From Chara braunii (Eukaryota; Plantae; Charophyceae), in contig BFEA01000043.1 in NCBI GenBank assembly GCA_003427395.1, forward strand, positions 1,802,107-1,866,106: a DNA stretch of 64,000 bases. The letters are read 5' to 3'. Shown piece by piece: positions 27,481 to 39,348 of this stretch (position 1 is the stretch's first letter; each line of letters begins with the position of its first letter). A program made the translations under genes and the position numbers. The notes under the pieces were generated by a model. That model was not told the origin of the DNA. It was given only the letters and a program-made list of their open reading frames with translations, and made no database searches.

Positions 27481-28911
27481 AGAGTGTCTGACTTCTTGTC
27501 TACTTGAGGTCACTGGTGTCGTAACAGGTTTAGAGATTCCCCTAGGAATAGTCCAAGAGCGATTTTTTAGGCATCTACCTCCGCTCTAATCGGGCTCTCA
27601 TTGTTAGTCGTTGGGCCGTCTGCAATAACCCGCTCCAACATGCCTCGTTGTTTGTCTAAGGGCCACCTGCAGGCCCGACGCCGGCCTAAGGCCGTACTGC
27701 AAGAGGGGAAAAGAACCCCTGAAAATGGCTTCAGGGGCCCTGCGCCCGACACTTGACTAAAGTCAACTGCCCAGCGGCCCACGAGTCAAAGTCTGCATGG
27801 ACCCAGCCCAGCCCAGGCTGCCGATCAGACACACACACCTGTTGATATGCGGGTATCCAGACAGCATTCGGACCAAATGGAAGTCTGCAACTGTACGAGA
27901 TCCAGGCTGTCAGCTGTGAAGCAATCTGAGCCTCTGTGGGTGAGGGACCAGAGGCAGGTCAATCTCGTCAACATTACTCATTGACTCTGCCTCCGGGAGT
28001 CAACATTCAGTCTTGCCTTGCTGACTTGACGCTGGCTAGATGCTGGTGCGACGCTGGCTGCACGCTGGCATTTGTGCGACGACGACGCCAGACTGCTGCA
28101 TCTCGTGTCTGGCGCCTTCCTGCTCTGGCGCCGGACTGTCTTCTTGCTTGCTGACGTGGTGCATGCCACGCTGTCTTCGACATTGCTGATGTGGCGCATG
28201 CCACCCTGTCTACATTGCTGACGTGGCATTTGCCAAACCGTCTTCATTGTTGAGCTGGACGTGACGAGGAGGGAGATCGGGATCTGTGGACTGATTGAGA
28301 GAGAGAGAGGATACTTACCTGTTGCTGACGTCGACGTTGCGCACTGTTGTAACGTCTTGACGGGAGAACTGTGTCGAGTGGCACTCTGATGTGATCAGAC
28401 CCTGTCAGGCTCGTTTCTTGGACACTGATTGCTGACGTGGAGGCGAGGGGAGGCCCAGAGAAGGAGAGGGAAACGAGGGGCTACTATCTATGTGGCCATT
28501 GATGGATACTTACTCTTCCACTCTCTAAGTCTATTCTCCCCCACCTCTCCTTCGTCCACTTCTTACGAGACATTGTATCACGGATCACATTTCATGATTA
28601 TTGGAGACATTATTCAGCGTTGGGTTATCTTCAATCTTGTACTTCGACACTTGACGAGTTTCCTCCAGACTGGGTTCATTACGCGTCTCTCAGGCTTGCT
28701 ATTGGGCCATCTTTTGCTAGAGAATCCATGGTCCTTTTTCTTTTTGTTGTTCTTTCCTTGTGTGTTTCCTTCCATGGTGAAGCTTGCCTCTTGCAGATGG
28801 GTGAGGATATCTAAGCAGTCTGTTGTCGGACTGTTTCGAGTTCCCGTAACACATCCTCTTATTCGGGTGAGGATTTGTAAGCAGTATGTCATAGACTGAA
28901 GCATTTGTTTG

Positions 28912-28943
<32 letters not shown>

Positions 28944-29318
28944 AAAGAAAAAGCAGTCTGTCAGATGGGTGAGGATTTGTAAGCAGTCTGTTCTACTCCT
29001 GTAATAGATGACTGTGTCTGAAAAATGTTTAGGTCTGGATTTTTATTTATGCACTTTTAAGTTGGACCATTTCTCAATTTATGTGTCTTTTTTTTTTTTT
29101 TTTTTTTTTGAAACATCAGCTGGAGGAGCTCCTACTGCCTGCCGGGATAAGACCCCAGGGCCCGCAGTAGGGCTCGCTGTGCTCCGGGCCCAGCTTCCCT
29201 CATACAGTGACTCCGAGACATACAGTGATGAACAACAAATGCTTGGCGCAAGACCCAGCCTCCCATCGAAGCCATACAACACTGTGACCCTCCAAAGTCC
29301 ACCCCGGTACTGCCTGGC

Positions 29319-29394
29319 ATGTGTGTCATCCGTGCGCAAGGCCCATGCTAATCTTCTCCGTATCGTTCCAGTTTTAACGCATCTCCCAAATGAC
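29319..29394 (-). pseudogene. U6: U6 snRNA pseudogene, 3'-truncated
   Basis: Minus strand TAAAACTGGAACGATACGGAGAAGATTAGCATGGGCCTTGCGCACGGATGACACACAT matches U6. ACAGAGA box mutated to ACGGAGA; no U-tract end. Confidence 0.85.
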
Positions 29395-30903
29395 GGTCTG
29401 GAAATCTTTTACTCGCGTCACCAGAATCTCTTTTCCCCCCTCGACTGTGTGTCATCTAACAACCAAGGGGGGGAAGACACCTGACCTTTCAGTGGACGGT
29501 TACCTGTATGGATACCATGTATACGTCCAAATACATTCCAACTCATGTAGGTTATCATTATACAACCAGCCATCATAGTCTGAGTTGTCAAACCACCAGC
29601 ACTTGGCCCCGCTGTCCGATTTTGGTCCAGGGCATTAAACCACCAGTACTTGGCCCAGCTATCAGCCGCCGAAAAAAAAAAAGAGTAGAAACTTTTCTAG
29701 TCAGATGAATTTGGGCGCTCCTGTGGTAGCCCGTACATTTCCTAAAATCGAGGCGCGTTAACGGGCACGACTCTAGGAAGTACTGGTGGTTTAACAAACC
29801 GCATCTTAACCCCTGCTTCTCCATCTACGGGGGCACTTGTTGGCCCTACCTCGGATATACCGGACAGCAGTTGCAGGCACCAGCGCTAGGCCAGGACACC
29901 CCTCCCAGCCCCGGTTGAAGCACTATCGAACGAGCCTTGTTGTATGGGCACTTAGGGACCGCATCTTTTGGGGCTCGGTCTCCGGAGCAAAATTTCCGGC
30001 AGCGCCAGCCAAAGGAGGCCTGCGGCGATCCTTTTTTTTTTTGGGGGGGGGGCACGTTTCCAGCCGTGGAGAGAAGTGTCTCGAACCAGACTCCTTCGGC
30101 TTCCTCATCTTCCACAAGCATCCTTTTTTTTTTTTTTGGAAACATCATCTGCTCCCCACTCCCAGGAGGTGATACGAGCAGCCTTCGGGGGGTGGTGTCC
30201 CCACTGTTTGATGCTCCATTCTAGTAGTCGGCGAGCGTCACTTGCTGGCTGGAAACCGGGTCCAGCGTCCCTCTTTATTGGCATAAACAGAGCTTGAGGA
30301 TTGCGCAAACGTGAGCGGAATCCACCCCCTGCAGAGTATCCCCCCCTTGGTCAATCAATGTGCTATCCTCTTTTTCCCTCTTTTTTTTTAATCCTTGTTT
30401 GCATTGGAAATGCAAACTGGTGGCAACTGCTGCAAATGGACTCGTTAATGGGGGGCTCGTGGCCTGACTTGTTCCATCTGTGGGCCCTCTCGTGGACCGA
30501 CTCTGGGGCAGGCTCGCTTCGGGACTTTCTCTGAATGTGTACTAACTGGCATCTGAGCCAGAGTTACTCCCCACCCAAGTCCTAGACCCATTCTTTTCCA
30601 CAAGCATCTATAGCTTCAGTTGCCTACCGTCTTCACCCGAATAGAACGGCCGGTCATTATAGCTGTATTTGGCACAAGTTTCAGTCCAGATGCAGCGATA
30701 ATGACCGGCCATTCGGTAGTTGGACACTTGGGATAATTTCCTAGGTGCCACCTCTCTCTGCACCTGAAACACATAAGGGTTTTCTTGGTGGAAATGACTA
30801 CTACTGTGGACTTTTTCCCATTCTCAGGGAAGACTGAGGGTTTTGTCAGCTTTCACATCCAGTATTGCCCTCATTGGATCACAATGTGTGGTCAGGGAAG
30901 ATC

Positions 30904-30981
<78 letters not shown>

Positions 30982-31039
30982 CGTGTCTGTGTCCTTGTTT
31001 TTTTGTTTTTGTTTTTTTTTCTAAAACACCACCTCATGG

Positions 31040-31620
31040 TTACTGATAGGAGTGATGATAAGAGCATACACTCCTACCAGCACCACTAGGGGCTCCAATC
31101 TATTGGTGGGGAGCTGCACCTGCTGGAAAACGGGTCCAGCGTCCCTTGACATATAATGATGAGCAATAGAAACCGATGATGCTGGGAAACGGGCCCAGCG
31201 TCCCTTGTACCTCTTCACCCTCATCTGAGTGGCGCCAGATTTCCCAACTTAGACCTGGTACTGATTTGGATAAGTGATCCTGATAAAAGTGATGACTCGA
31301 GTGGGAGCTGAGATAGCCAGCTACTGTTTTGACATATCCTTCAGCAGAAGAACTTAGTAAACATCCCTTTCCAAGACGCCAGATATCACTGTTGTGACTA
31401 GAAATGTTAACCCCTATAAACCATACCAAGAACTTGGAACAAGAGCAGATGCAGGGGGGGGGAAGGGATCAGGGAAGTCTGATAAGGGGCGCATAGGTAC
31501 TGAAGCCTCAATGGTGGTCCAATCATCAAAAACCAATTTAGAGTCCCTTTTGAGCCCAGCATCGCTCCATTCCAAAAAACTCTCCCTATTCTCCTTCCCT
31601 GGTTTCCGCCCAGCCTCTTG
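31040..31620 (-). mobile_element. LINE 3' fragment (end of ORF2 plus 3' UTR module)
   Basis: 31410-31615 is homologous to 25952-26165 (LGGNQG.RIG.V.WNGA...DFPDPFPP). 3' module at 31092-31145. Confidence 0.8.
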
Positions 31621-31899
31621 TCTGTGTACTTGTTAATTTGCAAGATCAACTGCTATTGTGTTCGTGTGCTGTACCATTGTAATATTCTCGTTATGTTTGT
31701 CATCACTCGTTCTTCTCGAGTTGTCTCAAATTTGAGTTTTGCTTCATGAAATGAAATGAACAGGAACATAGCATGGCGGAAATATAATCTTGGCACTTCA
31801 TTCTTCAATTAGAAAAGATGAGACAAAAGAAAATACAATTGAGATCAAAGCCTGAGCGACGACAAACATAAAGAGAATATCACAATGGTACAGTACAAG

Positions 31900-32315
31900 A
31901 GGTCCCACTGGTGCCCCCCAGTGGCTCCTCCCGGAATCCTGTACCAGTCAAAGGGCCGAAGAAGGACACCTGCTGCATTTTTCCTCTGCGTATTGTCAAG
32001 AAAGGGACGGGGGCTATTTCGGGGAGGGAGAGCCAGTACGTAGCAGCAGGAATCTGGCGCCGAAATCAGGGTGAAGAGGTCCCCCCCCCTGCTCAGTCAA
32101 TCCCCTGGTGGCCAGGGCAATCAAAGCTGGCAGGATCCTCGTACTTTCTTTCTGATGTATTCCAAATGTATCATACTCATAATAGGACGCTGGACCCGCT
32201 TTCCAGCAGGTGATGCTCCCCACCAATAGATGGAGCCTTTCCCCAGGTGCTACCGGTGTCCGCTCTTATCAGCATCCCTAGCACTGGAGGGATTTGTTTG
32301 TTTAAAAAAAAAAAA
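31900..32315 (+). mobile_element. LINE 3'-UTR-only insertion (SINE-like) with poly-A
   Basis: CCACTGGTGCCCCCCAGTGG hairpin, 3' module at 32184-32236, terminal GTGCTA...TAGCAC hairpin and A-tail. Same layout as 40371-40649. Confidence 0.7.
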
Positions 32316-32365
32316 GAACACAATAGCAGTTGATCTTGCAAATTAACCAAGTACACAGGCAGATG

Positions 32366-32402
<37 letters not shown>

Positions 32403-32478
32403 NNNNNNNNNNNNNNNNNNNNNNNNNNNNNNNGTCGGGCCGTCTCCACCGAATCGGCAAAGTACCCCCCCGTTGAAC

Positions 32479-32516
32479 CTGTCTCTTATACACATCTAGA
32501 TGTGTATAAGAGACAG
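32479..32516. other. Nextera mate-pair junction adapter (assembly artefact)
   Basis: CTGTCTCTTATACACATCT + AGATGTGTATAAGAGACAG: two head-to-head Tn5 mosaic ends, next to a gap. Confidence 0.97.
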
Positions 32517-32541
32517 TTGTTTCCCCACTCAGTGAGCTCAA

Positions 32542-32578
<37 letters not shown>

Positions 32579-33849
32579 GCCCAAAACAACAGACGGAAAA
32601 AAAAAGAAAAAAAAGGTGACCCCTAACCTCAGTAATTGGTGGAGGAAGAAGAAGAAGAAGAAGAAGAAGAAGAAGAAGAAGAAGGAAGAAGAAGAAGAAG
32701 CTGGCACCAATGTCATCCCCCTCCTCTCGGCACCACTTTGTTATTAATACAGTACAGCAATGATGAATAAATGACACAAGTGGATGAATACAAATGTGGG
32801 AATGATCCCTCTTACTGCCAGTGCAGCAAGACTCTCCACTTGGTATGGCTACTAGCTATGCTGTCACGGATTTCCGTAGGACCATGCAACTTCTAGCATG
32901 TCTCTCCCCTCATTTCCCACCATAGCCAACCTCCGAAGGAAGTCCATGTTGAACCTGTACCTCACCAGGGACCTTCTTCATGCAACACAAACTATGAAAG
33001 TCTGAGGATGAAGGTCCACCATAGCCAAAGGTAAGTCTCCTTGTCGGTTTCTACCTCCTTCCTCCTTGTGAACCTCTACACAGTCTCACCTCCATAGCCC
33101 GGCTGGATGGTCTTCTCCCTCTGCGACGGACCCGCCGGGATGGCGGTCCATCAAGGTTAAGACGAAGGGATGAGGATGGGGGGGGCGGAGATGGAGCTGG
33201 AAGGGACAGCGCATCTCCAACGCAGACTCAACACGCACATACTCCAAACTGCGCAAAATGAAGAACGAAACTCCAGCTGGGGTATACCCCCAGCGGACTG
33301 ACTGGCCTGGCCTGGCCTGGTACCGACAGTGGTACCGGGCAGGACTGGACTGGACTGAACGAACACACGGCCTGTGGGGTCAGGCCACGGCCTGGTCCCA
33401 CAGGCTGAACAGGCAAAATAGCCTGATAGGCCCTGGCTGTAGGCCAGGGAAGATAGAGGCCTGCTGCACCCTCCACCCTCATAGCCTAGGCCTTCTCATA
33501 CCTCCCACTACTACTCCATAGCCATAGAGGCCTTCTTCTTCACCCTCAGCTCCTCCTTCACCGTCAAGTGCTCGCCGCACTCTCCCTCTGGGTGGAGCAG
33601 CAGCATGACCGCCGGGTGAATGACCAGACTACTCATTGCACCGAATAATCGCATGGCAAGTATCTCTTGGCCGGGCACTTCCTGCCTCTACCAGCCTCCG
33701 TTGGATCCACTAGGCCTACAGGATGTTCCCTGCTTTGGCAGGAACATCATTGTGGATCTATATCTGCCAGCAGGGCCCAAGTCTACCTCTACAAGCTATC
33801 TACATTTGGCCTTGCAATCATAACCCGCCATACAGATAGTGGACCCTTC

Positions 33850-34125
33850 TAGCTCTATCTGACTTACTTGACTATCCCTGCTGGGTCTCCAACAAATTGC
33901 ACTTATGACCCTGGCCATCCCTCAAACCTCAGTACCTCCCTACGGCTATCCCGGGTGCTTCCTACCCCTATTTCTATCCGATCTAGCCCTATTCGACTTA
34001 CTTGACTACCCCTACTGGGTCCCCAACAAATTCTACTTATGTCCCTGGCCATCCCTCTAACCTCAGTACCTCCCTATGGCTAACTTTGCTTCCTATCCCT
34101 AGTACTTCCTACCCTATTTCTACAT
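33850..34125. repeat. Tandem duplication, ~135-bp unit
   Basis: GACTTACTTGACTA.CCCT.CTGGGTC.CCAACAAATT..ACTTATG.CCCTGGCCATCCCTC.AACCTCAGTACCTCCC occurs twice. Confidence 0.8.
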
Positions 34126-35660
34126 CATCCCTAACTTTCCACCTAGGCTATCTGATACATGCCCAGTTGGGCAATGCACATGGAGCCAAGGATCCGCAGA
34201 GTGATGAAAAGGGCTAGAATGGACAATGCAATGTCAGCCAAGCATCAACAAATAGCACAAAGTTGCGCAATGGAAGACTCAAAGATATGACCTGACCTGC
34301 CTGGTACTGACGCGACATCCCATCATACAACACACATGTGAGAAAGGGAGGAGGGACCGCATACACAGAAGAAAGGTCCCTCCTTGCACACACACATGGG
34401 GAAGATACCCCGGATGAGAGATGGGGGAAGAGGCGAGACGAAGATGGAGGCGAGGGAGAAGACCAAGATCGCGATAGCAAAGCCCAAAAAACAGTCCTTG
34501 CCGAGTGTCCAATCAATGTCTGCCACAGAAATGTCGGATCAGATCCTGGGCCAAATGCCCGATGTAACCTCTGCCTGTAATCTCTCTCTGAAGAAGAAGA
34601 AGAAGAAGAAGAAGAAGAAGAAGAAGAAGAAGGTAGGAGGGAGGAGAGATGGAGACGAAGACGAAGAAGAAGATGTCATCCTCCTCTCGGTCTCACCTGC
34701 AGGGAACCGCCGCTGGACTGACCGTCGTTGTCGTCATCATGTGCAGGTTGCCGCGAGGAGCCCCAGCTATGGCGCCAGGTAAGTCTGCCGCTGCAGGTAT
34801 GACCTCCGCCCCTCTGCCTACCTACACCTCTACGTCTATCTGTGCGTAGCGCTGTAGTCCCAGCGCTGCTCCAGCAGCGTGTCGCCCAAGAAGTGAGCTA
34901 CTCAAACTGTGTGTCTGCCCTGGCCGTGGCCCAGCTATATACAGCGCTGGGCCGGCCGATTTGTCTCCGTGTGCCTCTGGCCATGCCCAAAAACGTGGGC
35001 CTCTCAGGTCTGGGTCCCGACCGGACATCCAGACCCTGCACATGGCCAAGAAGACCCTGCCTCCTGGTGTCCCCGGCCCAAGGCACGGCCTTGGGGACTG
35101 CAAGTCCGAAACAATGTCTGAACAGACAAAAATAGGACAGCTAACAAATAAATAAATAAATAAACAAATGCTGTCACAAAAATCCATACCTGCGGCCTAC
35201 GGGCCGCCGTGGGCCTCCAGTGCGCTCGTCTGAAGGGCACGCGGCCTGGGGCCCCCTCAGCAACTGTCGGCCCCCTGAAATGGGTCCCGTGTGCAGGCGC
35301 ATCATGTAACACTATCCCTGGAGCTTCCTACCCCTATTTCTATCCCATCCCTGTCCATGACACACACACACACATCACGGGCAACAGGGTTAGCACACGC
35401 ACTTGGGCTTGCACCCAGAACTTCAGCAGGCAAGCACACAACACACAGCATACATACATGCTAGGTCACACACATACTTAGAAAACACAACACAGCAAAG
35501 AGACTCGGACTCGGAGTTCTCGGCAATCACGTCGAAAAGACATCATTTTCGCAGAAAAGTATACGCAAATGTGCAGGTCTTTGCAGTAGTCTATATTTTG
35601 TCGCTCGGATTCATTGAGAGACAGCCTTCTGTGTTGATGTATACACACATGCGAATGGGA

Positions 35661-36806
35661 TTAGAGCTCGGAAATTGTCCCACTGTTTTCGTCGGTTGCA
35701 AAATCCTTTGGTACCGTTCCGGGAGAGAAGTATTGTTCTCCAAGCTCCTTGGACGAACAGAAGCGGACTAGGTCAGCATAAGATCTCAGCAATGGCTTGA
35801 AGACCTTCCAAATAGGGATGAAGATAGGCGGTGCATCCACAAACAAAACTTCTCCTAATCTTCTAGGATAGTAGTAGAAAAAGACATCAATAATAAACTG
35901 TATGAACGAGAGGTCGGCATTCCTACTTCTGAACCCCCGAAGGTCAAAGATACCCAGAATGTTCTCTTGTCCACTTGGCAGCATGGTGATTGCTTTCTCG
36001 ATTAGGAAAACACAAAGCCTCTGACTATCTTCGATGTCTTCCGGATTAGGAAGGTGTCGGGCTACGCGGACGACAAGTACAGGTCGGCCGACAAGGTCAA
36101 GCTGGTCGTGGAGGTAGGCCTTTCCGGTCGCAGCTATCCGTGCGACAGACTCTTGTGTGACATTTGTCACTCCAAATTCTTGACGCCATCTGAGCATTCT
36201 GACAAGTTTGAAAGCCGCTTCACTGACGTCATATCTACGGTCCCGGAGAAACCAGGTCAGCAATTCATCATCATCTCGTCCATACGTCCCGACCGGTAGT
36301 TCGGGATTCTCAACGTCTAGTTTACGCTTGAGCTTATCCAGGGCTTCGGCATGCCCTGCGGGACCACCAAACGGCAGGCTGTCGGAGGACGGAGTGGCAG
36401 TCTGTGAATTCTCTCGAGCTTGAGCTGTCACACCTTTCGACAGTCCACGCCCGCAGGAAAACAACCAAAACATGGTGTTGCTATATCCGACTCTACTTTC
36501 TTCCAATCGTTGGGTCCGCCACGAGGAGAGCCTTCCCCTAGCCAGGAAATCTTGCAAGGTACATGCAGGGGCATACAAATCAACACCTGCCCCATCCATA
36601 AAATTGCCAAGGCCACCAAAGCTGGAGCCAGGTCTACAGCTAAGGAGCCTTGGTGTCTTTTTCCTCCTCCCTCTCTGGAGAAGATCCGATAACCTCATCC
36701 GTGTGGGGACCACAGAGAACTTAAGGCATGTGGGGGCCTCACACAACTTAAGGCTGCCATAGTTGGCTAGCTTACTAGGAGTGGGGCAGCCGCAGATGCT
36801 AGGCAT
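35661..36806 (-). CDS. CPSFL1: Sec14/CRAL-TRIO lipid-binding protein, CPSFL1-like, with putative plastid transit peptide; intronless
   Basis: Intact 381-aa ORF with a GCCATG start context. CRAL-TRIO_N (GRDDDELLTWFLRDRRY..EA..KL...LRWRQEF) and CRAL-TRIO (GKAYLH..LD..GRPV...GIFDLRGF...NADL...YYYPRRLGEVLFVDAP) closely resemble, from memory, plant chloroplast Sec14-like CPSFL1. Ser/Arg-rich N-terminus. Confidence 0.88.
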   Translation of the reverse strand: MPSICGCPTPSKLANYGSLKLCEAPTCLKFSVVPTRMRLSDLLQRGRRKKTPRLLSCRPGSSFGGLGNFMDGAGVDLYAPACTLQDFLARGRLSSWRTQRLEESRVGYSNTMFWLFSCGRGLSKGVTAQARENSQTATPSSDSLPFGGPAGHAEALDKLKRKLDVENPELPVGTYGRDDDELLTWFLRDRRYDVSEAAFKLVRMLRWRQEFGVTNVTQESVARIAATGKAYLHDQLDLVGRPVLVVRVARHLPNPEDIEDSQRLCVFLIEKAITMLPSGQENILGIFDLRGFRSRNADLSFIQFIIDVFFYYYPRRLGEVLFVDAPPIFIPIWKVFKPLLRSYADLVRFCSSKELGEQYFSPGTVPKDFATDENSGTISEL

Positions 36807-37208
36807 GGCCGCCGCCGTAAACTACGAAGATCAAGACAAGAGACGAACGGGGGACCCAAACGCCTCCCTCCCACCTCCTGGACCAAGCAGACAAAGGTCC
36901 CAAGGTTTTCAAGTCCCAGTAGTGAAGCAATGCTCCAGCTGCACCGGGTTTTCCCTAGATAGGAGGGGGTATTGCTGAACCCTTAGCAAGGGTTACACCC
37001 CCCAACTCTCCCCCCTCCACCCTCCTCCCCCCACCCTGGAGCCACCCTCACCCCCTCTGCTAACCTCTCAAAGGTGTTGACGTTTTTGTGAGCACAGTAG
37101 GAACCCTCTACGTAAAGGAGCATCCCCCTCCCCCCCCTTCCTCCCACCCTCCCCTCCCCTGGAGCCCCTTTGAGTCCACCTTTGAGTCAAGCACTTAGAG
37201 GTCTCGAA

Positions 37209-37275
37209 GGGGCCTAGCTCAGTTGCTCCACCCATCAACTGATGAAAGACCGACCTCCGTTCGAATCCCGATGCA
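37209..37275 (+). other. tRNA-like Pol III A/B-box remnant (possible SINE head)
   Basis: TAGCTCAGTTG (37215) and GTTCGAATCC (37259) at tRNA-like spacing, but the acceptor and T stems do not pair. Confidence 0.3.
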
Positions 37276-39348
37276 ATTAGATGAACTGACTCAAATAAAA
37301 GGTCTCCACGTTTGCAAATCACGTAGACAGGGCAGCGAGACAGTCGCAGTTGACACACATCCTCCCAATCCCGATTGGGAGGGTTTCCCCCTGGTAGGCA
37401 GCTGTTGAAAGCACGAAGCGGCAGCCTGGGTCACCACCATACCTGCGAGCAAACGAACAACATGCATGCATGCACACACGCACGTAAAGAAAACAGGTGG
37501 AGGGGCACTTCGGTATGATCTTGAATGGGGAAAAAAAAAAAAAAAAAAAAAAAGATCTTGAATGGGACGCTGGGCCCGGTTCCTTCAGCACGTGCTGCTC
37601 CCCAGGAATAGATTGGAGCATGTCCCTTTTTAAAAAAAAAAAATAAAAAAAAATTGGGACCGCAACTTTTGGGGCTCGGTGTCCGGAAAAAGAGGATGTT
37701 CGAGTTAGGGCAAGATCCCACTGGCCACTGGCAAAGAAGATTCAATTTGGAATAAATGTCTGAATCTGGACGTGTTTGTGGAGATGTGCAAAAGATTGTG
37801 ATTGATCTGCTTTTCCCCATCTCTGTGTGGAACACGTCCAGATTCAAACACTTATTCCAATCCTCTTTGCCAGTGGGATCTAGCCCTTATTCTCAGGCTG
37901 CTCCTCACCAATAGATAGGAGCCGTCCGGCTAGGTCCCACTTACACTTACACGAATTATTAAGCGATATTGACCGTAGATTGCAAAGATCAACGGCCAGA
38001 ATCTCTTGATCCGTGCAAGTGGGACCTTGCCCCCAGAAGGTCTGCAACATGGGGCTGGTCGCACCAACCCGAGGCTGCAGTACCAGCGGGACGGTTAAAA
38101 AAAAAAGGGGGTAAAGCTCCCAGTAATATCTTCGGGGGCGAGATAAGCCTTGGGTATATCCCTGCGAGATGTGTTTTCCGAAGGACAAAGTAGTAGTCCG
38201 ATCCGTTAGGGCCGTCCATTCCACGCAGATCTGACGGCACTGCTTTTTTCATCAATTGTTTGGTTGGTATCCCGTTTTTCATGTTTTGGAATGAAAATGG
38301 ATCCCCCTCTCATTGGCCATGCATAAAAAAAAATAGAAAAGAAAACGCATCGGAGGGGGGTCTTCCCTCTAGAGCTTTTTTTTTTTTTNNNNNNNNNNNN
38401 NNNNNNNNNNNNNNNNNNNNNNNNNNNNNNNNNNNNNNNNNNNNNNNNNNNNNNNNNNNNNNNNNNNNNNNNNNNNNNNNNNNNNNNNNNNNNNNNNNNN
38501 NNNNNNNNNNNNNNNNNNNNNNNNNNNNNNNNNNNNNNNNNNNNNNNNNNNNNNNNNNNNNNNNNNNNNNNNNNNNNNNNNNNNNNNNNNNNNNNNNNNN
38601 NNNNNNNNNNNNNNNNNNNNNNNNNNNNNNNNNNNNNNNNNNNNNNNNNNNNNNNNNNNNNNNNNNNNNNNNNNNNNNNNNNNNNNNNNNNNNNNNNNNN
38701 NNNNNNNNNNNNNNNNNNNNNNNNNNNNNNNNNNNNNNNNNNNNNNNNNNNNNNNNNNNNNNNNNNNNNNNNNNNNNNNNNNNNNNNNNNNNNNNNNNNN
38801 NNNNNNNNNNNNNNNNNNNNNNNNNNNNNNNNNNNNNNNNNNNNNNNNNNNNNNNNNNNNNNNNNNNNNNNNNNNNNNNNNNNNNNNNNNNNNNNNNNNN
38901 NNNNNNNNNNNNNNNNNNNNNNNNNNNNNNNNNNNNNNNNNNNNNNNNNNNNNNNNNNNNNNNNNNNNNNNNNNNNNNNNNNNNNNNNNNNNNNNNNNNN
39001 NNNNNNNNNNNNNNNNNNNNNNNNNNNNNNNNNNNNNNNNNNNNNNNNNNNNNNNNNNNNNNNNNNNNNNNNNNNNNNNNNNNNNNNNNNNNNNNNNNNN
39101 NNNNNNNNNNNNNNNNNNNNNNNNNNNNNNNNNNNNNNNNNNNNNNNNNNNNNNNNNNNNNNNNNNNNNNNNNNNNNNNNNNNNNNNNNNNNNNNNNNNN
39201 NNNNNNNNNNNNNNNNNNNNNNNNNNNNNNNNNNNNNNNNNNNNNNNNNNNNNNNNNNNNNNNNNNNNNNNNNNNNNNNNNNNNNNNNNNNNNNNNNNNN
39301 NNNNNNNNNNNNNNNNNNNNNNNNNNNNNNNNNNNNNNNNNNNNNNNN

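Noticed and set aside
28311-28321. ATACTTACCTG as a U1 snRNA 5' end
   Set aside because: No further U1 similarity; equally the reverse complement of a consensus splice donor.
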